Positions 20,751 to 28,159 of a DNA stretch of 51,297 nucleotides are shown piece by piece (position 1 is the first letter of the stretch; each line of letters starts with the position of its first letter). A program made the position numbers and the translations under genes. The notes under the pieces were generated by a model. It ran no database searches. It had not been told where the DNA came from and was given only the letters and a program-made list of their open reading frames with translations. Source of the DNA: a virus (Duplodnaviria; Caudoviricetes); the IMG/VR virus record IMGVR_UViG_3300013111_000216, positions 1-51,297 of that record, one strand, 5' to 3'.

Positions 20751-21220
20751 GTCGAGATAAAGCGGAAAGTGTAAACGCCAGTGATGTTGTCACCATCGTT
20801 GTCGTCGAAGTCTATACTGAACCCCGGCCAACCTACGTGGTATTCTGGATCAGCTAACGCGATGACTGCCTCAGAGATCGAGATTCTATACCGTGAAGCC
20901 TCCGCACTGAGATCCGCTTGAGTTCCTCCAGCCACTAAGTCGATTGCTGATCCTACTTGTAAAAGTGAACCAGGTTCTCCACCGCACATCGTGATGAAAA
21001 AGTCAAGTTTGTCACTATTAGTCCTTGTTCCACCACTCTGGATTACTTCCATTACAATATTGCCGAAGCCGTGAACGACTGGGCAGAAGATTTGTGGGTC
21101 GATATCGCTCGCGGTAAGAGTCTGAGCCGCTGCTTGGTAGACAAGTGGAGCCCCTACACCGTCAGTATGCTTGACGGTGGATAAGGGTAGAGCTTTTACT
21201 ATGTTAGTATAATCAGCCAT
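20747..21220 (-). CDS. Hypothetical virion-associated protein
   Basis: ORF with GAGG RBS in the late arm. Confidence 0.5.
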   Translation of the reverse strand: MADYTNIVKALPLSTVKHTDGVGAPLVYQAAAQTLTASDIDPQIFCPVVHGFGNIVMEVIQSGGTRTNSDKLDFFITMCGGEPGSLLQVGSAIDLVAGGTQADLSAEASRYRISISEAVIALADPEYHVGWPGFSIDFDDNDGDNITGVYTFRFIST

Positions 21221-21231
21221 CTTTCACCTCT

Positions 21232-21273
21232 AAAAGGAAACAGCAGCGGGGCCGGGAATAAGACCCCGCGCTG
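21232..21273 (-). terminator. Putative intrinsic terminator
   Basis: GC stem GCGGGGTC/GGCCCCGC followed by TTTCCTTTT on the minus strand. Confidence 0.45.
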
Positions 21274-21281
21274 TAACTGAT

Positions 21282-21296
21282 GTTACAAAATGTAAC
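21282..21296. promoter_or_regulatory. parS-like palindrome copy 4 (GTTACA-AAA-TGTAAC)
   Basis: Inverted repeat, intergenic. Confidence 0.7.
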
Positions 21297-21300
21297 GATA

Positions 21301-22011
21301 CTATGACTGAACGGTGTTGACCGTAACCCAGTGGGTTCCGTCCGCCATGAGAGTTAGCGTGTCGAATGCTGCATCCAGTGCAACAGTCTCAGCACCACTA
21401 ATCGTCGGTGTACCGGGATCAACGGTGACTGTGTTATCATCACCATGTTCAGCAACAATGGTCAAGATGCGACCAGTATCTGTTGCATCCGTCGGAGCGA
21501 TTGTGATTGCCCCTGCAGACGAATCCGTTAGGATTATGTTATCTGAATCAAGAACAGTATAAGGAGAATCAGTGTTGTCGATAGCAGTAGTACCGCGTTG
21601 GAACCCTGCACCGATTTTTACTAAATCATCCCCAGCATCAACCTTGAAAGCGTCTGCAATATCTCCAGATTCGATAGTAAAATCAATCCCTGCAGCACCG
21701 GTTTCGTTGAAAATCACACCACCTGTTGTTACCCTCATATAGGCTTTACTAACACCCATCCACAGCTCGTCAGCATCACCGTCGATATAAAGCATCTGGG
21801 CAACGCCGGCCGTTTGGGCAACAAAGTCGATCGTCCCAGCACCTCCCGGATCGATCCTGAACAGATAGTCTGTCGAGTCGTACCCGAAGTCAAAGACCTC
21901 AGTAGAACCATGATAGAAGTTAATATACGTCTGCCCCGTCATGGTCTTGATGTCTTTATGGTACGCGATTGTGTAGTAGAGGTTTGACCCTCTGATGTCA
22001 CTCAAGTACAT
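21301..22011 (-). CDS. Putative fibre/decoration virion protein
   Basis: C-terminal YTVLDSDNIILTDSSAGAITI...TLMADGTHW domain common in phage fibre proteins. Confidence 0.55.
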   Translation of the reverse strand: MYLSDIRGSNLYYTIAYHKDIKTMTGQTYINFYHGSTEVFDFGYDSTDYLFRIDPGGAGTIDFVAQTAGVAQMLYIDGDADELWMGVSKAYMRVTTGGVIFNETGAAGIDFTIESGDIADAFKVDAGDDLVKIGAGFQRGTTAIDNTDSPYTVLDSDNIILTDSSAGAITIAPTDATDTGRILTIVAEHGDDNTVTVDPGTPTISGAETVALDAAFDTLTLMADGTHWVTVNTVQS

Positions 22012-22055
22012 GTGGTATCTCCTTATGTTTGGAGCATCTCAATGGAGATACCAGA

Positions 22056-22586
22056 TTAGGCCAAATACGCCGATGGACCAACAGGAGCGAGAAACCATAC
22101 CATGACACGACCAGATACATAGATCGTATCGTCGTCCCCGGCATCTGGAGCGGCATTCGCGGTTACGACAATAGTAATTGCCGCCGCCGCAGGGACACCA
22201 ATCTCCGAGAACCCATTACCATCTGCATGGGTCCAAGAAGTGTCCTCCGCAATCAGCACACCGTCTGCATAGTCATCCGTATCCACACCTGTCGAACCAA
22301 CGTCATAGTTCGCAGTCGTTGGGACACCTCCAACCGGCCCAGCTACCCCAGCAACAGCAAGGATAATTGCACCCTTTGGAATAGTCTCCGTTAGAGACGC
22401 GGTCGTGGCATTGCCCGTAATTGTCCACGTCTCGTTAATTATATGAACTCTGAGATAACCACCACCGTTGGTAGTCGCCTCAGGTCCACCAACCGCCAGA
22501 TTAAAATCATTCACGGCATAAATGGTGTCCAACACCAGTGCCGGATGATTCTCATACTGACGACTGCCTACCGTCCCTTGGCTCAT
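22056..22586 (-). CDS. Putative capsid decoration protein
   Basis: AGGAGG RBS before ATG 22586; IPKGAII and DVG...D.DDY beta-sandwich pattern. Confidence 0.45.
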   Translation of the reverse strand: MSQGTVGSRQYENHPALVLDTIYAVNDFNLAVGGPEATTNGGGYLRVHIINETWTITGNATTASLTETIPKGAIILAVAGVAGPVGGVPTTANYDVGSTGVDTDDYADGVLIAEDTSWTHADGNGFSEIGVPAAAAITIVVTANAAPDAGDDDTIYVSGRVMVWFLAPVGPSAYLA

Positions 22587-22774
22587 GACAAAACCTCCTA
22601 AAAAGGAAACAGAAAAGAAACAATACACCTCTACCCCCGTAATATACGTAACAAAGGACGCCAAATCCACCCTCTAACCCCCCATTACTCCCCACTGAAC
22701 AAATGTTTATTCACTTTTTTCATTCCTACGTTGGTGTGAGGTTTTCGCGTGCGTACGTAGCGCGTAGCCCCCGA

Positions 22775-22975
22775 GTTACCCCTCCCTAACTTTGGAAGGT
22801 AAAACTATCAATGTTAGCCTGTCCAAACACGCCAGTATGTTAGGCTCTACTAACAAGCAAAGAGTTAGGCTTTCCTAACTGTTCAGCTAAGTTAGGAGAG
22901 ACTAACACACTGCCAGCGAGAGTTAGGAAAAACTAACTGGCATGGTAATTGCGACAGCTGTTAGGCTATACTAAT
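22775..22975. repeat. Array of GTTAG-N6-CTAAC palindromes
   Basis: Perfect copies at 22839, 22864, 22891, 22922; one-mismatch copies at 22775, 22813, 22960. Confidence 0.85.
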
Positions 22976-23043
22976 TGGCACAGAGTTTGCACTAAAAAAC
23001 TGGCACAATAGTTGCAACGTTGTTAATTGGCACGATTTTTGCA
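22938..23043 (+). promoter_or_regulatory. Four tandem sigma54 (-24/-12) motifs
   Basis: TGGCAT-N5-TTGCG at 22938; TGGCAC-N5-TTGCA at 22976, 23001, 23028. Confidence 0.75.
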
Positions 23044-23329
23044 ACGAAACGTGTTGAAAAATGTTACCTAATCTAAGTTGTGTATAACCAACGAGTTAGA
23101 AAAAAAGTGGCGAGTTAGGGGCGCCAAACTGGCTCCTTTTGTTTATTTGGCTTTTTTATTCCGTAAGATGTCTATCGAGCGCTGGGCACGCAACCGGCGC
23201 GAGTGCAGTCCGCGCGAACGTGGCGACTAGTAGTGCGGTGGATCTATGACAAGCTACGGTTTACGGTGTCGTGTGGGTGGGTGGCTCGCTAACCGAATTA
23301 CCACCTACGGGTGAGAAAGTGAGTTACTC

Positions 23330-23794
23330 ATGGCAGAAGACAAAACAACCAAGTGCGAACAGCTCAAGAAGAACGAGGACGGTAGTATTGTGCTCGACTT
23401 GGGTTATCGCAAGACTGGTATGGACGGACCGAATGTTGATCCTAAGACTGGTAAGAAGGAGCGTTTGCCAGTGTGGGATGGACAGCTGACTCTGGTCGTG
23501 CCGAAGGATTTAGTCGCTACGATGCTTGAAAAGGCAGCGGGTGGCTGGCTGATTACGGCACAAGGTCAGATGCGCAAGCATCCGGAACAAGTCAAGGCAG
23601 TGAAGGATCGCGTTACTTGGACGATGGCTGACCATATGGGCAGCGGAACTCGCGAGAGCGATGCGATCAAGAACTTGCGTGCAAAGATTGAGGGCACGCG
23701 AGAGATGCTGGCTGACAAGGATATTACGGAAGAGAAAGCTAAGATCCGGATTAAGGGTCTTACTAACGAGCTGAAGAAGTTGCTGAAGAGCTAA
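23330..23794 (+). CDS. Hypothetical basic protein, first gene of the plus arm
   Basis: 154-aa ORF enclosed by a long-range inverted repeat. Confidence 0.7.
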   Translation: MAEDKTTKCEQLKKNEDGSIVLDLGYRKTGMDGPNVDPKTGKKERLPVWDGQLTLVVPKDLVATMLEKAAGGWLITAQGQMRKHPEQVKAVKDRVTWTMADHMGSGTRESDAIKNLRAKIEGTREMLADKDITEEKAKIRIKGLTNELKKLLKS

Positions 23795-23828
23795 ACTAAC
23801 CACCCACCTACGCGAACAGACAAGGTGC

Positions 23829-23843
23829 GTTACATTTTGGAAC
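23829..23843. promoter_or_regulatory. parS-like palindrome copy 5 (GTTACA-TTT-TGGAAC)
   Basis: Matches consensus. Confidence 0.65.
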
Positions 23844-23863
23844 GGTTCTTAGCGGAGGTAGCT

Positions 23864-24073
23864 ATGAGTGCTATCAAGGTTGAGGGTTGTGACCTGTGTG
23901 GACGCAAAGCTGAGAGCATGACAGTGGTTTATGACTCACCTCGGCGAGTTGGTGGCTGGGCGTATATGTGTCATGAATGCTGGCGAGTTCACAGCGATGC
24001 TAAGCCGGGTAAAGGTCTTTGTACGAAGTGGCGTAAGCACAAGGACGGTTGGTTCTACAAAGATCACAAGTGA
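23864..24073 (+). CDS. Small Zn-finger protein
   Basis: CDLC...MCHEC; GGAGG RBS. Confidence 0.6.
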   Translation: MSAIKVEGCDLCGRKAESMTVVYDSPRRVGGWAYMCHECWRVHSDAKPGKGLCTKWRKHKDGWFYKDHK

Positions 24074-24121
24074 TAACCTGAGGCAGGTGGGTTGCGGCTC
24101 ACCTGCCAGATAGGACGAACG

Positions 24122-24385
24122 ATGCACAAAGAAGGACGCATGACCAAGAGCCGATACATCATAGCAGCAATGCGTGAGGTCGGCGGTTCAACCCTTTTGT
24201 TCGGTGCTGCAAAGGATCTCGAGAATGCTAGACGATCTACCATTGAGGGACTCGAGAAGCTGAATCAGTATAAAGGACAAACGGAGTTCGACCAATGGCA
24301 GTTCGAGTGGAAACACTTGGTTGGCGATCTCAAAGTGATTGCGAGTGCGCAGAATGAACTGCTGCACATGGCAAGCGCAGGTTGA
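24122..24385 (+). CDS. Hypothetical protein
   Basis: ORF in the early arm. Confidence 0.5.
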   Translation: MHKEGRMTKSRYIIAAMREVGGSTLLFGAAKDLENARRSTIEGLEKLNQYKGQTEFDQWQFEWKHLVGDLKVIASAQNELLHMASAG

Positions 24386-24412
24386 TCAGTTAATGGGGTG
24401 TGACTGGTGTTT

Positions 24413-24680
24413 CGTAACATTGTAACATTTGTAGCACCCCATATTCCCATTGGACAACATTCGGAAGTGGATAGAACTTTAGCTATTTGTAGTGATACTT
24501 GACATTGGATATTTTATGTGAAAAAAATAACTAAAGAATATAATAACATCTACTTCCCTAAATTCTCTTGTTTGGTTCAAAGTGTGGTTTTGATGCCCAA
24601 GGGGAACAGGAGCGGTTACGTTTGTTACAAATGTTACGTTTTGATAGTTGGTGTTGTTCACTACCGTTCCAAATTGTAAC
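24413..24680. other. Candidate replication origin: AT-rich core flanked by oppositely oriented GTAAC/GTTAC repeats, plus palindrome copy 6 (24666-24680)
   Basis: CGTAACATTGTAACATTTGTAGC on the left and GGTTACGTTTGTTACAAATGTTACG on the right of an AT-rich, apparently non-coding stretch. Confidence 0.4.
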
Positions 24681-24754
24681 ACCAGTTGCGGTCTCCCTCT
24701 CTTTCATACCGTGCGCTTTATTGTTGTATATTATGGTTGGACGATGTTTAACTG

Positions 24755-24985
24755 ATGGAGGTTCTAGTGAGTTACGAGATCAAGTATGATCGCGACAACC
24801 CTGCCGATTGGCGCAAGGCGTGTTGTGATCTCCTGCAGTGGTGGGGCAGAGATTTCTACAAGGTAGTAGCGAAACAAGCTCTGCCGAACGCCAGAGACTT
24901 CGACAACTTCAGATCGGCAGTTGCTCTACTTGCTGGTGTCGAGGGATTTCCAGTTGAGGCATTTTGGGAAAGGTACAAGAGATGA
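24755..24985 (+). CDS. Hypothetical protein
   Basis: ORF coupled to the next gene (ATGA overlap). Confidence 0.5.
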   Translation: MEVLVSYEIKYDRDNPADWRKACCDLLQWWGRDFYKVVAKQALPNARDFDNFRSAVALLAGVEGFPVEAFWERYKR

Positions 24986-25191
24986 AACTATTCGTAGCCC
25001 GCTGTGTGGACTGTGATAGTAAAACCATCCCTGACTACATGGCGGCATTTTTCTCCCTTGCGAGTGCACGAGCTTATGTTGCCTCGCTAGTGGGACAGGA
25101 CAAGAGAATTGACGGATGTATCGTTGAGGAGTACTGGGTGGAGGTTGGAGATTGTGTCAAGAAACACTCGATGAAAGCCCGTAGGAAATAG
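24982..25191 (+). CDS. Hypothetical protein
   Basis: ORF with ATGA coupling. Confidence 0.5.
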   Translation: MKLFVARCVDCDSKTIPDYMAAFFSLASARAYVASLVGQDKRIDGCIVEEYWVEVGDCVKKHSMKARRK

Positions 25192-25225
25192 TACTCCACT
25201 ACAGCGGCTCGGGTACTATCATATG

Positions 25226-25258
25226 TATTACATTTATTACGTATATTACAATTATTAC
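25226..25258. repeat. TATTAC x4 with 9-bp period
   Basis: Copies at 25226, 25235, 25244, 25253; sister array at 34458-34481. Confidence 0.75.
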
Positions 25259-25312
25259 AGCGCACACCTGTGCGTCACGTTCTTTCACAATCGAACTACG
25301 GAGGATCGCAGA

Positions 25313-25702
25313 ATGGGTGAAAACCTAAAAATCACCACAGCGGTTAGGCGTAACTTCGCACAACTGTCTGAGGTGGAACAACTCAGGGCTATCATAGCAC
25401 TTGTACCTGTTGCTTATGGTGTGGGCAAGATGGAGCCGATCAAAGAGGTTACTCAAAGAGTCGCGGACGAGATTAAGAAGAATGCCGCTTTACCTAAGTT
25501 AATTCGCGGAGTTGCGGAACCTCTCATCAACACCGACCTTTTGGACGAGATCCCTCAGCAAGCTGAAGTGTGGGATGAACTAGACAAAGGCGGCGACCGT
25601 TTTAGGAAGGACGTCTTACGTGTCATTGCTAAGATAGAGCCTGTCGTCGGGATGGTGAGGATGATGGAAAGGAAGACGAAAAATGATCAAGAAGGTTCCT
25701 AA
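25313..25702 (+). CDS. Hypothetical protein
   Basis: GGAGG RBS before ATG 25313. Confidence 0.6.
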   Translation: MGENLKITTAVRRNFAQLSEVEQLRAIIALVPVAYGVGKMEPIKEVTQRVADEIKKNAALPKLIRGVAEPLINTDLLDEIPQQAEVWDELDKGGDRFRKDVLRVIAKIEPVVGMVRMMERKTKNDQEGS

Positions 25703-26036
25703 AGCCGATGCCGAAGAGTTGTTCAGTGCAGTCTTGACGATGGTAGGTGAGGGTGAGCAAGATCATGTGATTATCGACCACTTAGAAACTTCTATTAACG
25801 AACTGGTAGAGTATAAAATAAACGAGTATCGTCTTGCTCTTTCCACCATACTCTCCGAACGCGCAGATATGATCAAACGTCCTGTTAAGGACTGGAAGAT
25901 GCCTATCTTCGCTAAGGAACGCATCAAAGAGGCTGCTTCGTTTTACTCCGGGCTCTCAATGTATATTGCGGAGGTCACTGATGACTCTGTAGAATCAGCG
26001 AGAGAACGTCTATTAGACGTAGAGGGTCTGGAGTAA
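25683..26036 (+). CDS. Hypothetical protein
   Basis: ORF overlapping the previous gene. Confidence 0.55.
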   Translation: MIKKVPKADAEELFSAVLTMVGEGEQDHVIIDHLETSINELVEYKINEYRLALSTILSERADMIKRPVKDWKMPIFAKERIKEAASFYSGLSMYIAEVTDDSVESARERLLDVEGLE

Positions 26037-26082
26037 CTATGGTCGCGATCTCGAGGTTCTTGAGACCTTGAGGTCCGGCACA

Positions 26083-26122
26083 GGTCGGGTGGGATACCAC
26101 ACATATCTCACCTGACCGTTTT
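26083..26122 (+). terminator. Intrinsic terminator
   Basis: GGTCGGGTGGGATA/TATCTCACCTGACC stem followed by GTTTTT. Confidence 0.6.
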
Positions 26123-26140
26123 TCTAACGAGGTACCAACC

Positions 26141-26362
26141 ATGCCTAGAAGAGTAAAGTGGATCTCTCCAACTGAGTTCGCCCGACAAGATCATAGTACT
26201 GATCTAGAGATGTCGATGATCAAGGGCGCGTGGACTATTCGTATATCGTTCACTAACCACAACGACCAGATGTGTACCTACGCAGACTCTGGCACATCCC
26301 CTTTGTTGCTACTTGAAGATGTTGGCTACGTCCTCGCTCGGGAGGTCAGGTGGTATGAGTGA
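26141..26362 (+). CDS. Hypothetical protein
   Basis: GAGG RBS. Confidence 0.55.
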   Translation: MPRRVKWISPTEFARQDHSTDLEMSMIKGAWTIRISFTNHNDQMCTYADSGTSPLLLLEDVGYVLAREVRWYE

Positions 26363-26678
26363 CGACCCGATTACATTATCTCGCGAAGAGATGATGAGGC
26401 GGTTGACGCCACTCGGTATTGATGAGGAGAGGATCAAAGGATTCTGTAACAAACTTGATCAGCTCCAATGCTTGTACGAAACTGGACGCCAGATGCTGAG
26501 AGAGCGCATCCCACCTAAAGCGGCTCAGAAGATGTTGGACTCTATTCACAGGATTGATAGTAACCCGGCTCTCTACGGAGATCCTTTCCTTCGTGACTTA
26601 TTCCCTGAGCTGTTTTTCAACCATGATTTAACAAGAGAGCAGTTTGAAACATATTTGGCAAATAGGGAGGAGTCATGA
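26355..26678 (+). CDS. Hypothetical protein
   Basis: Coupled ORF. Confidence 0.55.
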   Translation: MSDDPITLSREEMMRRLTPLGIDEERIKGFCNKLDQLQCLYETGRQMLRERIPPKAAQKMLDSIHRIDSNPALYGDPFLRDLFPELFFNHDLTREQFETYLANREES

Positions 26679-26944
26679 AGTGGGTAGAGGTAACACGTTG
26701 GTCGCATTCAGATAGCAAGATACTCGTCAATTCTATAATCAACATTGACGGTATGCAGGGGATGCATATCACAGTTAAAGGAGCGAGAGACTTAGGACAA
26801 GTTGTAGAAGCACTCGAAGAACATGATGCAGACTCTTGCATTGTGCTCGAAGCTGCTGACGGCTTGTTCCTCTTGCCAAACACCAACGAAAACCGAAAGG
26901 CGTTAGAGAACGCCACTGCAGTACCCATTCCGATTAACCGCTGA
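26675..26944 (+). CDS. Hypothetical protein
   Basis: GGAGG RBS, ATGA coupling. Confidence 0.55.
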   Translation: MKWVEVTRWSHSDSKILVNSIINIDGMQGMHITVKGARDLGQVVEALEEHDADSCIVLEAADGLFLLPNTNENRKALENATAVPIPINR

Positions 26945-26955
26945 AAGGAGCGTGT

Positions 26956-27303
26956 ATGGCGAAGTACAAGCTCGCAGAACTTCTGTTGCGCCGCAAGGAG
27001 CTTTCAGAACGCCTGCCTCGGATCGCACACGTGAAGGACAAAGACGTGTATGAGCCGAAGATTGCTCGGCGTGGAGTAACCGAGGGTGTCGATGACATTC
27101 TCGCATCTGTGCCAAAACTCAGCCTCGCTGAAGTCATGGCTGAGTATAACCAGACTGCCTCGCAGTTGAGGCGTGTCGATGCCGCTATCCAGCAAGCGAA
27201 CTGGACAGTGGATGTAGAATGTGATGTCTCCGTGTTCGATGACTTCAAGCTTCCTGAGAGGGATGATTCCGAAAGGGATATGACCTCAAAGAAGAAGAAG
27301 TAA
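26956..27303 (+). CDS. DIP1984-family-like coiled-coil protein
   Basis: KLAELLLRRKEL N-terminus and IQQANWTV C-terminus, recalled as characteristic of this family. Confidence 0.6.
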   Translation: MAKYKLAELLLRRKELSERLPRIAHVKDKDVYEPKIARRGVTEGVDDILASVPKLSLAEVMAEYNQTASQLRRVDAAIQQANWTVDVECDVSVFDDFKLPERDDSERDMTSKKKK

Positions 27304-27313
27304 GAACGCTGGT

Positions 27314-27376
27314 CTCTCATGTAAATTTGGGACTTCCCATAGGAACAGTCGCGGGTTCAACTCCCGCCGTGAGAGC
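27314..27376 (+). ncRNA. tRNA-like RNA with acceptor and T arms but a reduced D/anticodon region
   Basis: CTCTCATG/CGTGAGAG acceptor stem; GCGGG-TTCAACT-CCCGC T arm. Confidence 0.6.
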
Positions 27377-27409
27377 AAACCCCGTAGGGTTAACAAACAG
27401 GAGGACATC

Positions 27410-27595
27410 ATGGAGAATGTCTACATCAAGCGGGAAGGTACGAAACTGATTATTCAGGTCGACCTTGAGCGAACTATCGGACCGAGCAAGTCCGGTAAGA
27501 CAACAGTGGTAGCAACCACTAAGGGCAATCAGCCTATTGCTGGTCTCAACGATGAGACAATTTATCTTGGTCTTAACCTCTATAAGAAGCGTTAA
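27410..27595 (+). CDS. Small basic hypothetical protein (61 aa)
   Basis: GGAGG RBS; VDL...GPSKSGKT.VVATT.GN...LGLNLY pattern recalled from a widespread small-protein family. Confidence 0.7.
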   Translation: MENVYIKREGTKLIIQVDLERTIGPSKSGKTTVVATTKGNQPIAGLNDETIYLGLNLYKKR

Positions 27596-27604
27596 TAGTT
27601 GATG

Positions 27605-27670
27605 GTTCCCGCGTGGCGAGAGGCACACGCTGAAGTCATTGTCGCAGGTTCGAGTCCTGCCGTGGGAACA
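27605..27670 (+). ncRNA. tRNA-like RNA lacking a normal anticodon arm
   Basis: GTTCCCGCG/CGTGGGAAC acceptor, GCG..CGC D arm, GCAGG-TTCGAGT-CCTGC T arm; only 13 nt between D and T arms. Confidence 0.65.
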
Positions 27671-27840
27671 AGATAGAGCAGTTCCTGTTGTGTGTCAAGG
27701 TTTCACACAATAGTCATCAGTACTGCTCTTTGACAAACAGGCAAGGGCGTTCGTGGAGGGGCTTCCCATGTGTCCCCTAAACACATAAGGTGAACCGGAT
27801 CATCTGTTGGGCATTGAGGAGAGAGACCTCATACTTTTAC

Positions 27841-27930
27841 GGCGGTTCGAATCCGTCCCCCGCCCCTTTTAGCACCATCAAGTATGGGCGGGGTAGCCAA
27901 GTGGACAAAGGCACTAGCATCTGGAGCTAG
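27841..27930 (+). ncRNA. Circularly permuted tRNA-like gene (anticodon CTG, Gln)
   Basis: T arm plus 3' acceptor CCCCGCCC (27841-27865) precedes 5' acceptor GGGCGGGG, D arm and CTAGC-ATCTGGA-GCTAG anticodon arm (27886-27930). Confidence 0.65.
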
Positions 27931-28012
27931 CATAACCGACGCTATAGGTCACTGGTTCGATTCCAGTATCGCTAAGGCGATTAGCTCAGTCTGGTTAGAG
28001 CAATAGCTATGC
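27930..28012 (+). ncRNA. YrlA-like permuted tRNA mimic with a loop-closed acceptor stem
   Basis: Order: stem, AGGTC, T arm, ATCGC-TAAG-GCGAT hairpin, TAGCTCAGTCTGGTTAGAGCA D arm, closing stem. Confidence 0.7.
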
Positions 28013-28159
28013 AAACATCTCGTACTCCGAATACCCTAACTCCAAACCTAGAATATCCGACTGACCCGAAACATGGGCCTGAGAACCGAAAGGGGAGGCT
28101 TACCCACATCCGACTAGATAACAACTCAGATCCGAACTCAGACTAACCAACCACGAGAC

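Noticed and set aside
735-22394. Plus-strand ORFs over the structural arm, and minus-strand ORFs over the early arm
   Set aside because: They are antisense shadows of longer motif-bearing genes and have no recognisable motifs of their own
22775-23043. Repeat array as a CRISPR or mini-array
   Set aside because: The repeats are 16-bp palindromes with variable centres and 9-22 bp gaps; there is no constant repeat, no spacer-length units and no cas operon
27745-27870. tmRNA
   Set aside because: Too short, no alanine-type G3-U70 acceptor and no tag reading frame seen
27887-27974. Ordinary linear tRNA-Gln with a long variable arm
   Set aside because: GGCGGGG pairs poorly with ATCGCTA, whereas each strand has a much better partner in the permuted readings
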